A stretch of DNA of 64,000 nucleotides, taken from positions 112,036,001 through 112,100,000 of the forward strand of contig CM059432.1 of the NCBI GenBank assembly GCA_030390025.1, written 5' to 3'. Numbering within the stretch: the first letter of the stretch is position 1; every line of letters starts with the position of its first letter. This document shows, piece after piece, positions 63,012-64,000 of this stretch. This DNA is from Squalus acanthias (taxonomy: Eukaryota). Both the position numbers and the translations under genes were made by a program. The notes beneath the pieces were generated by a model. That model saw only the letters and a list, made by a program, of their open reading frames with translations, was not told the origin of the DNA and did not search any database.

Positions 63012-63579
63012 GGAGTAAATTTACACTCGTTTTACAGGTGCAAAACAGGCACAAACAACTGCCAATTTCAGTTATCAATGTCCTGCACCTCAAGGACACC
63101 TGAAAAACCTCCGACCCGATAGTGGATTGGGCTATTTTGCAGGTGTCCCTGGAGGCATTAGGCTGTTTCTGAATACTTGTTTTAGGCCCCCTCTGCCAAA
63201 TTGGATTCTGATGACCGGAGTAGGGTCTCGTCCTGTTCCGCAGGTAATTCCTAAACAGTCGCTGTGGCCTAAACAGCAACAGCCACCAGAAGATTTTTCT
63301 AAAAATCGTACCTGTGGCGTGAAGAGCAGCAGGAGTGCTCCCCCTGAGTCCACAGTACTCGCAATCACTCTTCACCCCTGTTGTTGCTCCACTTCCCTCC
63401 CCTCCCGGGACCTACCTTAGGGTTGCTTGCCCAAAATTAATTTACTTAAAAGGGGCGACAGGTGCCGGAAGCTCACCCAAATAAGGCCTGAAACCGAATT
63501 TTGGCCCAGCATTGGGTCTCCCGGTTTGGGCGCACCCTGACGCACCCTGACCATTGGTTGTGTGCTTGAAAATACCCCC
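63012..63579. mobile_element. Possible decayed MITE-like element
   Basis: GGAGTAAATTT start and ...GAAAATACCCCC end, with GC-rich inner arms. The TIR match is poor. Confidence 0.3.
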
Positions 63580-64000
63580 ATGGTGTCTAATGGAAGGCAA
63601 AATATGCACCAGGTTAAATGCGGTCAGTATCATGCCAATACCAACATCCATTGTGGAAATGTGTTCATGTCTTCTCGTGTTAATTTGGCAACATAAGCTG
63701 GAGATGGTCGAACCAGCCAATATTGCGCTGGTATAGTGCTTTGGTATATTTCTTGTTCTCTCAGATTACCAGGTTTTCAATGATCAATAAATGTTGTGCA
63801 GAAGACAAAGGCTACCTGCAAGTGACCTGCAAGACAGTAATCCAACTGAAGAGTTTAGATAGAGTCCCAAAAGTGCGAGAGTGGTTTACGTTCATCCTAT
63901 GACCTGTGAGATTGGATTTCTGCCTCAGACTCAGACCATTTCTGCAATTTTAAAAATCATTTTTAGAAATGGGGACAAAAATCACAGTGATGAAGCATAC

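Noticed and set aside
63765..63902. Possible terminal exon after ttctctcAG (45 open codons)
   Set aside because: No recognisable protein similarity; the length is within chance expectation.

Overview
Eukaryotic, repeat-saturated DNA with no recognisable intact host gene. The CR1, L2, Tx1, SINE and MITE families look vertebrate, most likely a cartilaginous fish (inferred from family style, not verified). Bases 1-8200 are a mosaic of decayed CR1/L2 LINEs, SINE remnants and GG...CC-terminated MITE-like elements. Bases 8900-17900 hold two C-rich ~23-bp minisatellites, with a CR1 ORF1 fragment inside the first and a CR1 3' end plus SINE fragment between them. Bases 18415-60924 are a ~42.5 kb satellite locus with a 38-bp unit, about 26 kb of pure repeat and kb-scale higher-order duplications. 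It appears to have been amplified from an internal segment of one tRNA-derived SINE whose halves still flank the array. The array is interrupted by three insertions: a young Tx1/L1-clade LINE with a TSD, a CR1 carrying an antisense nested CR1, and an apparently full-length CR1 with a 2.7-kb 43-bp monomer 5'UTR and a MITE insertion. The most notable signals are the SINE-born satellite, a conserved T TTA AAC-stop -1 slippery site at the CR1 ORF1/ORF2 junction, and MITEs whose 3-bp flanks do not match as TSDs.
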